Positions 12,001 to 23,700 of a stretch of DNA of 64,000 nt are shown here, one piece after another (the first letter of the stretch is position 1; each line of letters opens with the position of its first letter). Origin of the DNA: Phoronis australis. Taxonomy: Eukaryota; Animalia; Phoronida. Below the pieces are notes generated by a model. That model was not told the origin of the DNA. It ran no database searches and saw only the letters and a list, made by a program, of their open reading frames with translations. The stretch covers positions 486,217 through 550,216 of the forward strand of contig NMRA01000289.1 of NCBI GenBank assembly GCA_002633005.1. Direction: 5' to 3'. Made by a program: the position numbers and the translations under genes.

Positions 12001-13917
12001 NNNNNNNNNNNNNNNNNNNNNNNNNNNNNNNNNNNNNNNNNNNNNNNNNNNNNNNNNNNNNNNNNNNNNNNNNNNNNNNNNNNNNNNNNNNNNNNNNNNN
12101 NNNNNNNNNNNNNNNNNNNNNNNNNNNNNNNNNNNNNNNNNNNNNNNNNNNNNNNNNNNNNNNNNNNNNNNNNNNNNNNNNNNNNNNNNNNNNNNNNNNN
12201 NNNNNNNNNNNNNNNNNNNNNNNNNNNNNNNNNNNNNNNNNNNNNNNNNNNNNNNNNNNNNNNNNNNNNNNNNNNNNNNNNNNNNNNNNNNNNNNNNNNN
12301 NNNNNNNNNNNNNNNNNNNNNNNNNNNNNNNNNNNNNNNNNNNNNNNNNNNNNNNNNNNNNNNNCCTGCAAGTAATTGAAGGGGAGGGGGGGGGGTGGTT
12401 GGGGGCGGGGGGGTGCCGTACTACCTCCGTTTTGGGTCCGTGGGTCTACATGTACTGTAAGAGTCACAGTCATTGCCAGGTGCTTGCACATGCTGTGGAT
12501 TGGGATTGCGGCACTTTTGTTTACTTGTGACTGGACATGCGACCTGTGGCAAACGGATCCCTGATAACAACAGAAAATCAAGCTGTTGCTTTTGTTCTAC
12601 AATCGAACTTTTATATTTATTTAAAATATATGAAAATAAAACCCCAGGCAACGCAATATGAAAACCATTTCTTTGGTCCATGTTCTTTGACGAATCCTTT
12701 AAATTGTTTTAATTTTTCAGTAGTATGAATTAGCATTCCGCATCACACATGTAATAAAACCACCATGTTGATTTATTTCAGTGTGAAGTCGATGATAATT
12801 TCTAGTTGACCTAATTACCGGTGCATGAACCATTAATAAATCGCTAAGTGATGTTTCAAGAAACCTTGCTGGCACATATTAAAAGTGGTACACTGCATAC
12901 TGCACAATAAAGTGCCAGGTTCTTACCTATGTAATTTGAATCCGCGTTAATGTATTCCAAGTGAGGTAAATAGAAGAACAACGTTCCCGCATATGGCACA
13001 ATCTTATTATATCGAATACTGAGATGTTTTATATATGTTCCCTTCAGAGAAGCGAAGTGTTCTTTCATGGCTGGCAACGTATACTTTATACTATCTCGCA
13101 TGTTGACGCTGTCAAGGATTAGGGAACGAATTGAAGTTTCGTTGATTCCTTCCAGGCCTTTCATTGCTCCTTCAAACTTCAAATCTTCGTTGCAGGAAAG
13201 GTCCAAGAAAGTTAAGTTTTTTAGTTTGGAGAATGTGTTTGGCTTAATATTCCGTAATCCAGTTTCACGAAGAGACAATCTTTCCAGGATCAAAGAATTA
13301 TTGGTCGTGAAATCGTTCACGGACAGTGTCTGCAGAAAGGTACTCTCCACATCGAGAGTTCGCAAATTCCTTAAGTTGGACATGACAACTCTGATGTTCG
13401 AAACACGTCCAGCAAAGAAGTAAAGGGAAGGTGAACTCGATCCAATCTGCTTAATGCAATTCTCATCTGTGTCGATGTATTTTAGTGACAGCACTTCAAG
13501 TTTTTTCAGCGACGAAAACACTGAACAATTTCTCAAGACCAACGGATTTTCCGAGAGATTCAGTTTCTTCAAATGAGGCGTATCCACAAAAACGTCATCA
13601 CTCAGAAAATTTAAAGAATTCTTAGATAGATTTATCTCCCATAATGATAAATACCCTCCGATATCACTTCTAGAGATGCTTGTAATATTATTGCTTGTTA
13701 AATCCATTCTCTTGACAGTTTTCGGAAAATTTGGGAAGGCACCCAAGCCAAGACCAATACACGACACCATTGTTATAACACCATTAGATGTTTGGCACGT
13801 GCAGCCGCTGGGCGCATCACATATCACTGGCTCTATTACAACATGGCCACCAAGAGCTGTTTGGATGAGAGCCACTGACACCCACAGCAACGAAATAAGG
13901 TAATCCAAACGAAGCAT
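2910..13917 (-). CDS. Toll-like receptor (LRR-TM-TIR, single cysteine cluster type), about 820 aa; coding exons 13917-12901, 10212-9303, 8607-8380, 6244-6091, 3063-2910
   Basis: Hand-spliced model with GT..AG introns and matching phases (0,1,1,2) gives 2463 nt in one open frame: signal peptide, LRRNT, LRRs, LRRCT, TM helix and TIR boxes 1-3. An extra exon could be hidden in the N-gap 11400-12364. Confidence 0.9.
4238..4343. repeat. (AAC/AAT/AGC)n compound microsatellite
   Basis: Direct reading: aacaataacaataataat...agcagcagcagcaacaacagtaacaacaacaacaataac. Confidence 0.85.
4750..5900 (-). mobile_element. Highly decayed LINE (CR1/L2-like) reverse transcriptase relic in a TLR intron
   Basis: Minus-strand remnants PVSILCDFIKVFEKVVY, FRKHYSKETAALELID, KAFNTMN..ILLS, LHEWLIFNKLTLNCSKTKFML with many stops; boundaries approximate. 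Confidence 0.7.
6091..6244 (-). CDS. TLR coding exon 4: central TIR
   Basis: (G)VGRSKKVILLITDHALRSQESWWSFETDLSLSIKGKSKILCVVKGHLSIG(R); TTTCAG acceptor and GTAATT donor; phases fit both neighbours. Absent from the ORF track. Confidence 0.88.
8380..8607 (-). CDS. TLR coding exon 3: juxtamembrane region and TIR boxes 1-2
   Basis: (G)WYRRWHIRYIIYKLFRQPPEPNDGHRYDAYLAYESRDHDKALEMTAVLERDHGLKIYIHDRNAPLPGDHHDSIFD; CAG acceptor at 8610-8608 and GTCAGT donor at 8379. Confidence 0.92.
9303..10212 (-). CDS. TLR coding exon 2: C-terminal LRRs, LRRCT, transmembrane helix
   Basis: IDLSENRL, LILRNNNL, IDLTRNYL, LNLSKNAI; LRRCT LSGNIMLCSCATLNFLEWL...YTC...C; TM VITVLTSSLVAGTVLVLSVVIG; acceptor TTGCAG and donor GTAAGT at 9302. 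Confidence 0.92.
11400..12364. other. Assembly gap (N run) inside TLR intron 1
   Basis: Continuous Ns. Confidence 1.
12901..13917 (-). CDS. TLR coding exon 1: signal peptide, LRRNT, N-terminal LRRs
   Basis: MLRLDYLISLLWVSVALIQTALG signal; CDAPSGCTC...VSC LRRNT; repeated LxxLxLxxN (MDLTSNNI, INLSKNSL, LNLSENPL, LDLSCNEDL). Probable donor GTATGC at 12900. An acceptor CAG at 13928-13926 just upstream of the ATG suggests a 5' UTR intron. Confidence 0.9.
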
Positions 13918-16900
13918 CGTTGAACCTGCAAAACGTGAAGAGAGCGTACTTTATAGGTAAGGGGTCTACCGTTCGAAAGGGAACAAATCGCTTATTTTTA
14001 CACATTTGAAACTACCATGTTTTTGTGTTATTTCTGATACGCCTATGATAGCACCTTGCTTCTATGGGTATTTTAATATTATAAAAATGGCCAAAATGTG
14101 TCATTTAGATTTAAAAGTCATATCTTTCGACGACTTTGTTACATTTGTATTGAACATTTGTTGCTTTTGCCAGAAAGATTGATGAATTAACTTTTTCATA
14201 TTTAACAAATTGTTATTCACGTATCACCTATTCTCTACGACGCTAAACATGCATTGTTCAAACGCACCAGGCACAGACACAGGCTCAATGAGCAGAAAAC
14301 CGAGTGGGCTTTTCTAACAAAGAGTGGTCAATTTTTTGTCGAAAAAGTTTAAGTATACGATTGACTGCTATACAAAAATGACGGCTCGTATTTTTATTTA
14401 TGTTGCCTCTAATTAAAACTGCACAACACGATTCTTTCTTTGGTTCAGTATTGGGGTCACTTTTTGTTCCATGACGACCATCCACCCTGGCCGCCCCAGA
14501 ACACGTTACTTGGTGTTAAAGAAAGTTTTTGTCCCTCAAGCTGAACATTTTGTCCATTCTAAATAATAATACAAGGCGATGACCTTTATTTATTACAAAG
14601 ACGTTGCCTGCAATAGAGCAAATAAGCACATAAAATTTCAGCTGCCGAATTGGGAAATCTATGGCCTCGAAACCTTAGTTGAGAGTTTTTCAAGTAGGCT
14701 TACGTTCAAGTTTCTAAAAATGCAGTAATTTTAAAATACAAAAACTCTTTAGTTCGCAAATTGGATGTATCCATAAGGTTTTTTACATCGTTGTATGATG
14801 ATTTACATGTCTTGATGCAAAGCAAAAAGTCCAGGCGATAAGTTTTCTTGATTTGTTCCAAGAGAGACCCACTGAGTCATAGCGCGTGACCGGCTAAGTT
14901 ACGCCCGCCACCTGTTATGAGGTAAAAAAACTGAAGGTGCTGTAGTCGAATACATGGAATCAGTCGAGCAAAATACATAGCGTAGCTTTTTGATAGTTTG
15001 CTATTTAAACTGCTACGTAACATGATTTGTCAAAGTTTATACGGCTGTCTCGGAGCTGCCTGCTAGTACATATTGTCTGTAAGTATGTGAGTAATTACTC
15101 ATCTTTCAACCTTGCATACCTACGAAAACTTGGCGTTGCAGCGATCACACCTGTCTTTTTGACTGGCGGTCTCAGCTCTCACTGTCTTTCCCATGGAACT
15201 GTACCAGCGGGACCTCTGTTGGATAGTAAGTGCAGTGCCCTCTTCCAGTCTTTGGACAGGTTAAATCTCACTCCACCATGCTGGTTCAGGTTGGGATTCT
15301 TTTAACTAAGATCCAAAAAGCCTCCTTTGATACTGCAATCAAACCTCTTACTCGCCTTGTAAATAATCTTGATTTAGATGTTGATTAACTTGTAACCAAT
15401 AGCGTTATGTCTCCGCTGTTGGGACATACGTTTTTAAAGTGGGTGTCATGCGTCGCAATCTTGTTTCCACAGATGAAGTGGAGATATGTGAATGCCGTAA
15501 AAGTGTTATTTATTATGACTAGACTGGTGGTACAAAAGAACGTAGGTAAACAGTAGTAAAATAATGTTATCTCTGAAGAGATAGGCAATAAAAAACTGCA
15601 ACACGGAGAAACGAGAAAACACAATCGATAAAAGATGTAGTGGTGCGTCAGAGATCAACGAATTATGCGCTGAAACACGTGTAATAGAACAAACAAATTC
15701 TTAAACGCACTTGGCGATCATCAGCCTATGAGAGCCAAAAGTTGACCAGACTAAGCTAGTAAAGAGGCTGGTAACAATTATAACCTCATTGTAGATAATA
15801 AATCCAAATTACCTTACAACCCGCCTGGAAAATCATATAAAAGGAATTTTCAGAAACTCTAAACATATTCAACCGAACTGATTTTCACTTGTCAAACCGG
15901 ATATTTTGCATCACTTTCCCTTGCCTTCAGATCGAGTCCATACCTTTCTCGTTTTAAGACGAACAGACAGTAGGTGCTGCTACTGGAACTAAGTCTATTC
16001 TTAGGTAGTCAGCAGGTGGCGAGACCGTCTGGTTCAGGAGACTGCTCCCCTGAAACTGAAAAACGAATATCGTCACATCAAATAAATCGACATTTCATGA
16101 GTCCTCTTAAAGAGAAATGAACCCAAAACGACCATTTAATACGCTTTCATTACAACACTTCATTTCTTTTGGTTCCTGTGGTAAATTGTCTCTGCCGATA
16201 TATTGGTGAGCGGATTCCTTGTTAGAAAATAATGCCATGCCAGGTTTGTGTCGCATGAGTGGAGATAACCTGTCCAGGGCGATCTAAGCAAGGTTTATAC
16301 AAGCTGGTGCTTGATCACGATGTAAATGTGTGCGAAAGGCACGTTTTACAATTTTTACTTTTAAACCTAACGTTCTAAGATCGCGTTGCACCCAAAACTC
16401 AACTTTTCCTGCAGCTACTCTTAGAAATCACCATTTGAGGTCTAAACAACATTACGTTTTTCAGTTACTACACCTTTTGCCCCACCCCCCCGAGAGCCCC
16501 AATCCTTCAAGTAACTGAGGCTGATTCACGGATTTGGCGAAGTTCCTTGATTAAATATGATCTTATCTAAATAATAAACAGCAATAAATAACTCAGGCTA
16601 ACTTTACGAAAACGTGGAGCTTTTGAGTTCGAGATGACTCAAGTTTTCTCGACGATGTTTCAGCAATAAAATTAACATAGCCATGTGTTTGATTTTTAAA
16701 ACTCGATGCACATTTACTAAAATCATAACAATTGATGGCATCTAACAGTCTTCGATGACAGACAATTAGGCAGTCATAGCTGTTTGGATTTTTGTAAAGC
16801 TTTGGTGGTACTCCCGGATATCCACACGCTTGACTTGCCACTGCTTCATTTTTAACTTTTGATAATTTTCTGGGACCCCCTTTTACCCTGGATATTCCTG

Positions 16901-17648
16901 TGCGGCAAGAACTGTGATAAGCAGACTACATTTCTACAAAAACTAGGACGGGAGAATATGCAGTCATGGTATGGCAGATATTGTCGGTGTTGACGGCAGT
17001 TCACTGTAATTGATGTGACATTGGACAAATATTGTCACTGTCGGTGTTGACGGCGATTGTTGAAACCTTCATTGTCGACCGGGAGACAACATGCCTCGCA
17101 AATGACAAGATATTTTGTACCGTAACATTTTAAACCAACTATTACTTACAGATACTTTGCTAGCTGGTAAAGGCCCAATGCCCAGTTTTCATTAAGATTT
17201 TTTCAGAGCAGCTGTTGCAAATTTTGCCGAACGATTTTTGCAGGTTAACATCCATAAAAAAATTCCAGTTTCCTTTAAGTTCTTTTCAAATCTTTAAGCT
17301 CAAAATTCATAAAGGAATCAGTTCATCATGTACACCACCTGGGGTCGCAACGGTCGACTGCCTGAAGCTACTTAACTTATTTATCCATCACAGAACAGTT
17401 GATTCAAAATGTTATACTATTTATGAAATATGCATAGATTTGACTTGTAATTTTGGCTGTTAAAGTTTCAAATGTCTAATGCTTCATATATGTATCTCAA
17501 TATCTATGTTGTCTGTCTAAATTTTATAAAACTTTCTATGTGTTTATTTTAACCATCCTTTGTGTATTTTTATTGACACTATTTCACTGATCATATATGA
17601 CGACCAATCAAAGAAAAACACTTGTAAATGTCCCTATATGACCAACAG

Positions 17649-17741
17649 AAAGCAGTTTTCTGCTGGTGCAGCTCTTGTTCCTGCTCCTCTATTGTCTAGT
17701 TTTGGAAGTGAAAATACACTTGACTTCTGTCGCATATACAA
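17649..17741 (+). CDS. Candidate signal-peptide exon of the ShKT gene
   Basis: CAG|AA AGC AGT TTT CTG CTG...ACA A|GTAAGT encodes SSFLLVQLLFLLLYCLVLEVKIHLTSVAYT; phase 1-1 fits exon 27037. It needs an upstream ATG exon (candidate ATG CCA G|GTTTGT at 16237-16243). Confidence 0.5.
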
Positions 17742-20700
17742 GTAAGTTGATTACTGCACCGAAACTCCAATTCCCAACTCCCAGTTTTTTATACTGAAGC
17801 AGTTTAACACGTTCATGAAATAAATGAAATAAGTCTAACTGTGTCAAGTTTTACAATTCAATCACCTAACACAAAATTCACTCAATTCGAATCATTCCTG
17901 CATAGCATTGACTCTAAATATATATATTTCGTCATCATCTTAAGTACTAGTCCACGAGAGCACCAGCCATGAGCGGCAAGGTGGGGGTTCAGCCGATTTT
18001 CACCAAATTTGGCACATAGGTAGTCCTATGTGATCTATACACAGCGGTAAAATGTTTCCTCAAAATATTACGTTTTTCTAAAGTTATAGGCTCGAACACA
18101 TTTTACGGCTTCGCAGCCATGTTTTCACGGCATAAAAACTGTCCACTTTTAACTGTTCATATTTTTCCTTGAATAAAAGCTATTGATTTATTATTCAGTT
18201 GGCATTGTTTAGTGGTGCCTGTAGATTGTCAAAAAGATGTCTTGAAACACGATTTCGATTTACCACCCTCATTTAGTAGTTTTACTACACTGCCCCCCGT
18301 TATGCCATTTTGAGGTTATGTTCTGTACACTGCTGTACCAAATCTGCCCCCACTGTTATGAGAATGAAACTTAGCCAAAATGTTGACAAAACATGTTAAT
18401 TTCATTTCATAAAATAAAAACTTTGTCAGCCAGTTTTTTAGTTATACATTTTGGTACCTCAAATGTACTAAATTGAGAAATTTTCATATATCTGAGATTG
18501 ATGCGTGAGCACCGTAAAATCCGATTGTCCTTCATGTTTTTCGATATTTTGCAACAAGTTAGTTCCTCCTGAATGTTTTGAACGTTTTACTACTTACCAC
18601 TTATGGCTACAGTACTCCTAAATACCATACATGGCTCCATTTTGTAAAAAGCCGATTATGTCCTCCACAGTGAACAGGGTTAGACATGAACTCGACAAAT
18701 GTAGGTTATTTTGATTTACAGTTGTTTTACTTTGCAATTTCCTCATGGGTATTTCTTCACAGATATTCAAGTCAGGTTTTCTGTTGATCAAATGTTCTTG
18801 CAATGCATTGTAATATCAAATGAATGATAAGTTTGGTTGCATGACCGCAATTTTTCCCACAACTTAAAACAAAAGTCCCCAGAAAATTTCCTGATGAAAT
18901 ACCGGGTTTACAGTTCTCTAAAAACATTCGAATGACAAGACAAACTCCACCACTGTCCGTAGCAACTCGTCGCATGTTTTTCGCCCATCGGTCCCATCAT
19001 TGTTTTCCTTTGTTGTGTCATTGTTGGGTGTAACAACAGAGGTCGCATGGATATAGAACCTTGCGTACATCAGACCGTTGCCGATAAGTGCTCGTCATTA
19101 TATCTTTATTATAACAACGGGAACAATGAAGATGCTAATCTATTGTTCTCTATGCGACCAGGTTTCCCATGGATGACCACAGAAGAGGAATACCAAAGTA
19201 TCCACAGACAATGACCACGCACCTTAGTAACTATTACCGCGCACACGAATCCTTTCCGTGGAACCTAAACAGCAATTTTTTTAATCCGTGTATTGTGTTG
19301 TATTGCTCATGGTACGGGTTCAGACTCTGTTGTATTAAGATTCCAATCCCCAACCCTGTATTATGTAGTTTGAGTAAAATTTCTAGACAATGCAGGTTTA
19401 TGGATTTATTCTCCTTCAAATGAAGAGTGAAAATCAAATTCTACACAGTTTTTTTAAAAGTAATCACTTATTGGAAGATCACACATCTAAAAATAAAACA
19501 ATGTTTGACAATTTTATTCATTATCTTATTTGAAAAATGCCTACCTCCCAGACAACTCATCTAAGTTGAAAATATTCCTTGTGAAAAAATATAAAATACC
19601 AACTAGAGACTTTTGTACTACAAAATATGTTTTCGCAATACACTGCAAAAATAACTGTACAGTCAAAAGTGCAAATGTTATGACTCTTATAAAAAATGGC
19701 CTTCTAGATCTTTTCAACACTCTAATTGCTACAGGACAGAGTCAACCACACAAAGCTCATGAAGTCAGGGAATTACATTTAAGGTGATGTAGTCTCATTG
19801 CGAAAAAGTGATTTCGCAATATCGCTGACAACACTGGAAATCTCTTCTTCACAAACTTGAGGTAGCTGTATTTACCACATCAATGTTCTTATCAAAACTA
19901 ACCACCACAAAATTGGCTTGTCGGTTCCAATTAGGCAGCATTTTACAATGAAAGGGTCATGAAAAAAATACTTTTGCAACATGGTTTGCATTACAATTGC
20001 CTTACGATTACAGTTGTACATACATACTAGACCAGTAACAAAATTACCCACGGGAACCATAAAATGGTCAATTCGCCAAAAAAACAAGAAGCCACCACAT
20101 CTAATGTGCCAATTCTTTTCAGTACTGCAACAAAAAATCATTTGAAGTGGACATAAATTCGCCTAAAATCACATAAAACAACTTTTGATTTTACCATCAT
20201 GAAATAGGTGTTACTTCCAGATCACTTTGAGCAATTTCAGAACTTTGGAAGATCTGGCATTATGCAATTGCTATAGACCAGACTAATAGTGTGTGATTTT
20301 ATACACACAGTATGGTCTCAAGGAATAGCAAACTGTCAATTCGCTACAATTCCAGAAATCACTTCCCATCTGGATAAGGAACAAACTGAGCAAAAGTTTA
20401 TAGAGGTAAATGGTCTAAATCAAAACTTCCTGGACAGAATATGGGCTTACAACCCAGGCAGAAAGATAAGTTAACAAAACCAGCCTAACTGCAACAGGGT
20501 CTCACATTTCAGTAATATATACCCATTTACAAACAAAAATCTATAACGGTAAATAAATTGCGGAAACATAAATTCAGATCGATTACGCATCTTCAAGGAA
20601 AAGGAATAGTACAGTGGTCAGAAATCATCTAAATGAGATGGCGACACTGAGAAATCCTGTCAGACCAAAAAATCCAGGGGCTAAACAAAATGAACAATGT

Positions 20701-23700
20701 ACCGTTACCATATGGCCCAGGATCATGATCCGTGCCTGGGCAAAAATTCAGTCTTAGACTAGGTAAATTTTAGATTTGTGATGTTCACACAAGCAGTTCT
20801 GGTGCAAACAAAGCTTGCGGCAACACACAAGCCTACTTCCCTACACAGCTGTGCTGATACAATAATGCCCCCACTGGATTTAGCAGATCAGCCAGAGTAT
20901 TTACAGGTCCAGTCACTGTACTGTTTCCTCTTTTTGAATTTTTACAAGTCTACATCCTTGACAATCGCAGATTGCCTCTTTCAATGCATACTCCGCTTCC
21001 TCTGTCCCAGTTTCCCCACATTTGCTGAAAGTGGCCTATCTCAACAAATTACTTTGGACCTGTTGTGGTATAAGCCAGTAATCTTTGGCAAATACATTTT
21101 CCCCCGACTCGTTCCTCAAGCTACAAATTCTTTTTGACAAATCTTCTGGGAGTAGACTTTTCGGCCTCTGTCTAGCCCCGTCACTTAGTTGTCCAGAAGG
21201 GTACCTTCTTGCTGGTTGTGAACTTTTCCATACCCAACCTTTACTAATAATCGGCAAGTCTCCAACTTCAGCAGAAGCCACTTCTTCAGCATAAGCCTTT
21301 CCTGATTCCTAAAATTGTATTAATGAAAAATTAAACATATTAAATTTTATGTGGCCATTTCGGCTCAGAAAATATGAATACCAAGCTAAAGTGACGGCTT
21401 TAGCATGTTTAATTAACTTCATAATCGCAGNAGCATAAGCCTTTCCTGATTCCTAAAATTGTATTAATGAAAAATTAAACATATTAAATTTTATGTGGCC
21501 ATTTCGGCTCAGAAAATATGAATACCAAGCTAAAGTGACGGCTTTAGCATGTTTAATTAACTTCATAATCGCAGAAAATCATTGGTAGACATAACATGCT
21601 CCCTGGTATCTAAAAGTAGTTCATGGGCAGAAGTTACGTTACACATTTGGTGGTTGTTATGAAAAGTTATGCCTGAAGGGGTTGCATCACCAGAGACGGG
21701 GACCAGCAAGTACACTGTCGCTATACAGTGTGGGTAGTGCGAAGATTCCCCAACGGGACAGACGTCCAAGAAGTGGAGAGTCCTAGCTTGGATAGCTGAT
21801 AAGACATTTGATTATTTTGGTTGATTAATTGAGATAATCTTTAAAGAGGGTGCTAGTGTAGCTACTCTTCTTTGTAGTTGATTACTTAATTAACAACAGG
21901 TTTCACTTGTCTAATTAGGCCTTATCAAATAATAAATTGATTACTGGATTTGATTATTCACTTTCCATCTACGAACAATCTCAAAGCATAGTTACATTTT
22001 AAACAAACCCACAGTCAATCTCTGACATTTGGGGGTCAGTCCGGGAGCGTTTAAATATAGGTTATCGTGGTTGGGTTGAATTGTTTTGAATCCAGTAATT
22101 ACGGTTTGCATATTAATTAGTAAAGTCCATTTTGGGAATAAAACCCTTCCTCTAAAATGGTATTTGAAAAATAAATTGCGCAAGAGAAACAATTCGGTTA
22201 TACCGGTGAAGAGTTATGGATGTGCACAAAGGAGCTCTTGCTGCAGGCAATGGAGCGTGAAGAGCGTGCCCATAAACGGGAACTAGAACAAGCAGAGCGT
22301 GCCCATAAACAAGGGCTCAAAAAGGCAGCGCTTGCACAGGAAAAAGCAGAGCGTGCTCATCAGCGAAAGCTAGAGCAAGCTGAATACGAACACAAGCTTG
22401 AGAAAAACGAGCCGAGCGGGCCCAAGCGATTGAAATCGAGAAGCAGGAGATACTGCAACTCCAGATTGAGCTCAAAGCGACACCTAGTGGTGGGGGTTCA
22501 AGCAGTGGTGTACGTACCAGCCGTCCCAAACTGCCAAGGTTCGACGAGCACGTCGACGACATGGATGTCTTCCTAGCACGATTTAACACGTTCGCCACAA
22601 GCAAGAAATGGGTTAGATCGGAGTGGGCTGTGGACTTGAGTCCATTGTTGACAGGTAAAGGCCTACAGGTCTTCAACAACATGCCATCTGGCCAAATTAA
22701 CAACTATGATCAACTACAGGTGGCGCTACTGCACAGGTATGAACTAACTGAGGACGGGTTCTGACGGAAGTTCAGAGTCCAAGCCTGAAAAGGTTGAAAA
22801 CGTGTTCCAATTCGGGGCAAAACTGAAAAGGCTCATTGATCGATGGACACAACTGGCGGAGGTCGAGTTGACTTATGATGGACTCAGAGACTCACTGATC
22901 CGAGAGCAGTTTGCGGGAGTAAGCCATCCTGAGATGACTGTATTCCTGACTGGGGAACGGATACCGAAGAACTTCGACGAGATGTCGGCCATTGCTCAAC
23001 AGTACATGGACGCCCACTGTACTGGTTAGTTGGGCAAAGGGTTCGCAAAGAAAGGCTTGGGACAAGTAGCCAGAAGACAGGCACCGCCAAGCAACAAAGA
23101 AGAACGAAGGGCAGAGACTCCTCGTACGTCAATGACCAGAACAAGGATGACAAAGAGTGTTTCAATTGTCCAAGGTCATCTAGCCAGGGACTGTGCAATG
23201 AAAGACTCCCAGTCCAAAAGATTCGCTGTTGGTAAGCAGTCGTCTGCCTCGCAGCAGGAACGGGCCAAGACAGAAGACACCAAGAAGACGGCGATGTGTC
23301 AAGCTGTGGTAGTAAAGGGTAGTCCGATAGAGCAGCACAAAGTTGATGTCTGTATAAAGTTGGTCGATGGGACATCAATACCCGTAGAGACAGGGACCTG
23401 TGACAAGCACAAAAAGCCTCCTGCTGACCACAGTATGTCCGTTTGTGACAGTTACATGTACAGCACACATCACGAATTTTTGGCCGACCGGTCGGAAATT
23501 GGTCGACGACCGGCCGTCGACCGGTCGGAGACTGGTGAATGTATGGCCTAGTTTGCAGGATTCAATCTTGCATGAACCTCGCTCCAACCACATTTTGCAG
23601 ATGTGGAGAAAACCACAGGTGGTGTTGCTACAATTGCCATTCCTTTTGATGTAAGTACAGCACACATCACGAATTTTTGGCCGACCGGTCGGAAATTGGT

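Noticed and set aside
11287-12581. Long ORFs of 340-399 aa in the ORF track
   Set aside because: Artefacts of translating through the N-gap.
9215-13903. Plus-strand ORFs 9215-9400, 9452-9766, 13067-13423 and 13676-13903
   Set aside because: Antisense shadows of TLR exons with no recognisable motifs.
14000-17600. NF-kB/IRF-like sites (GGGAAATCT near 14652, CACTTTCCC near 15912) and possible non-coding UTR exons (about 15120-15305 and 15944-16050, minus strand)
   Set aside because: Imperfect short matches are expected by chance, and UTR exons cannot be supported without transcript data.
21288-21574. 143-bp exact tandem repeat
   Set aside because: The copies meet at a single N (21431), indicating a contig-overlap artefact.
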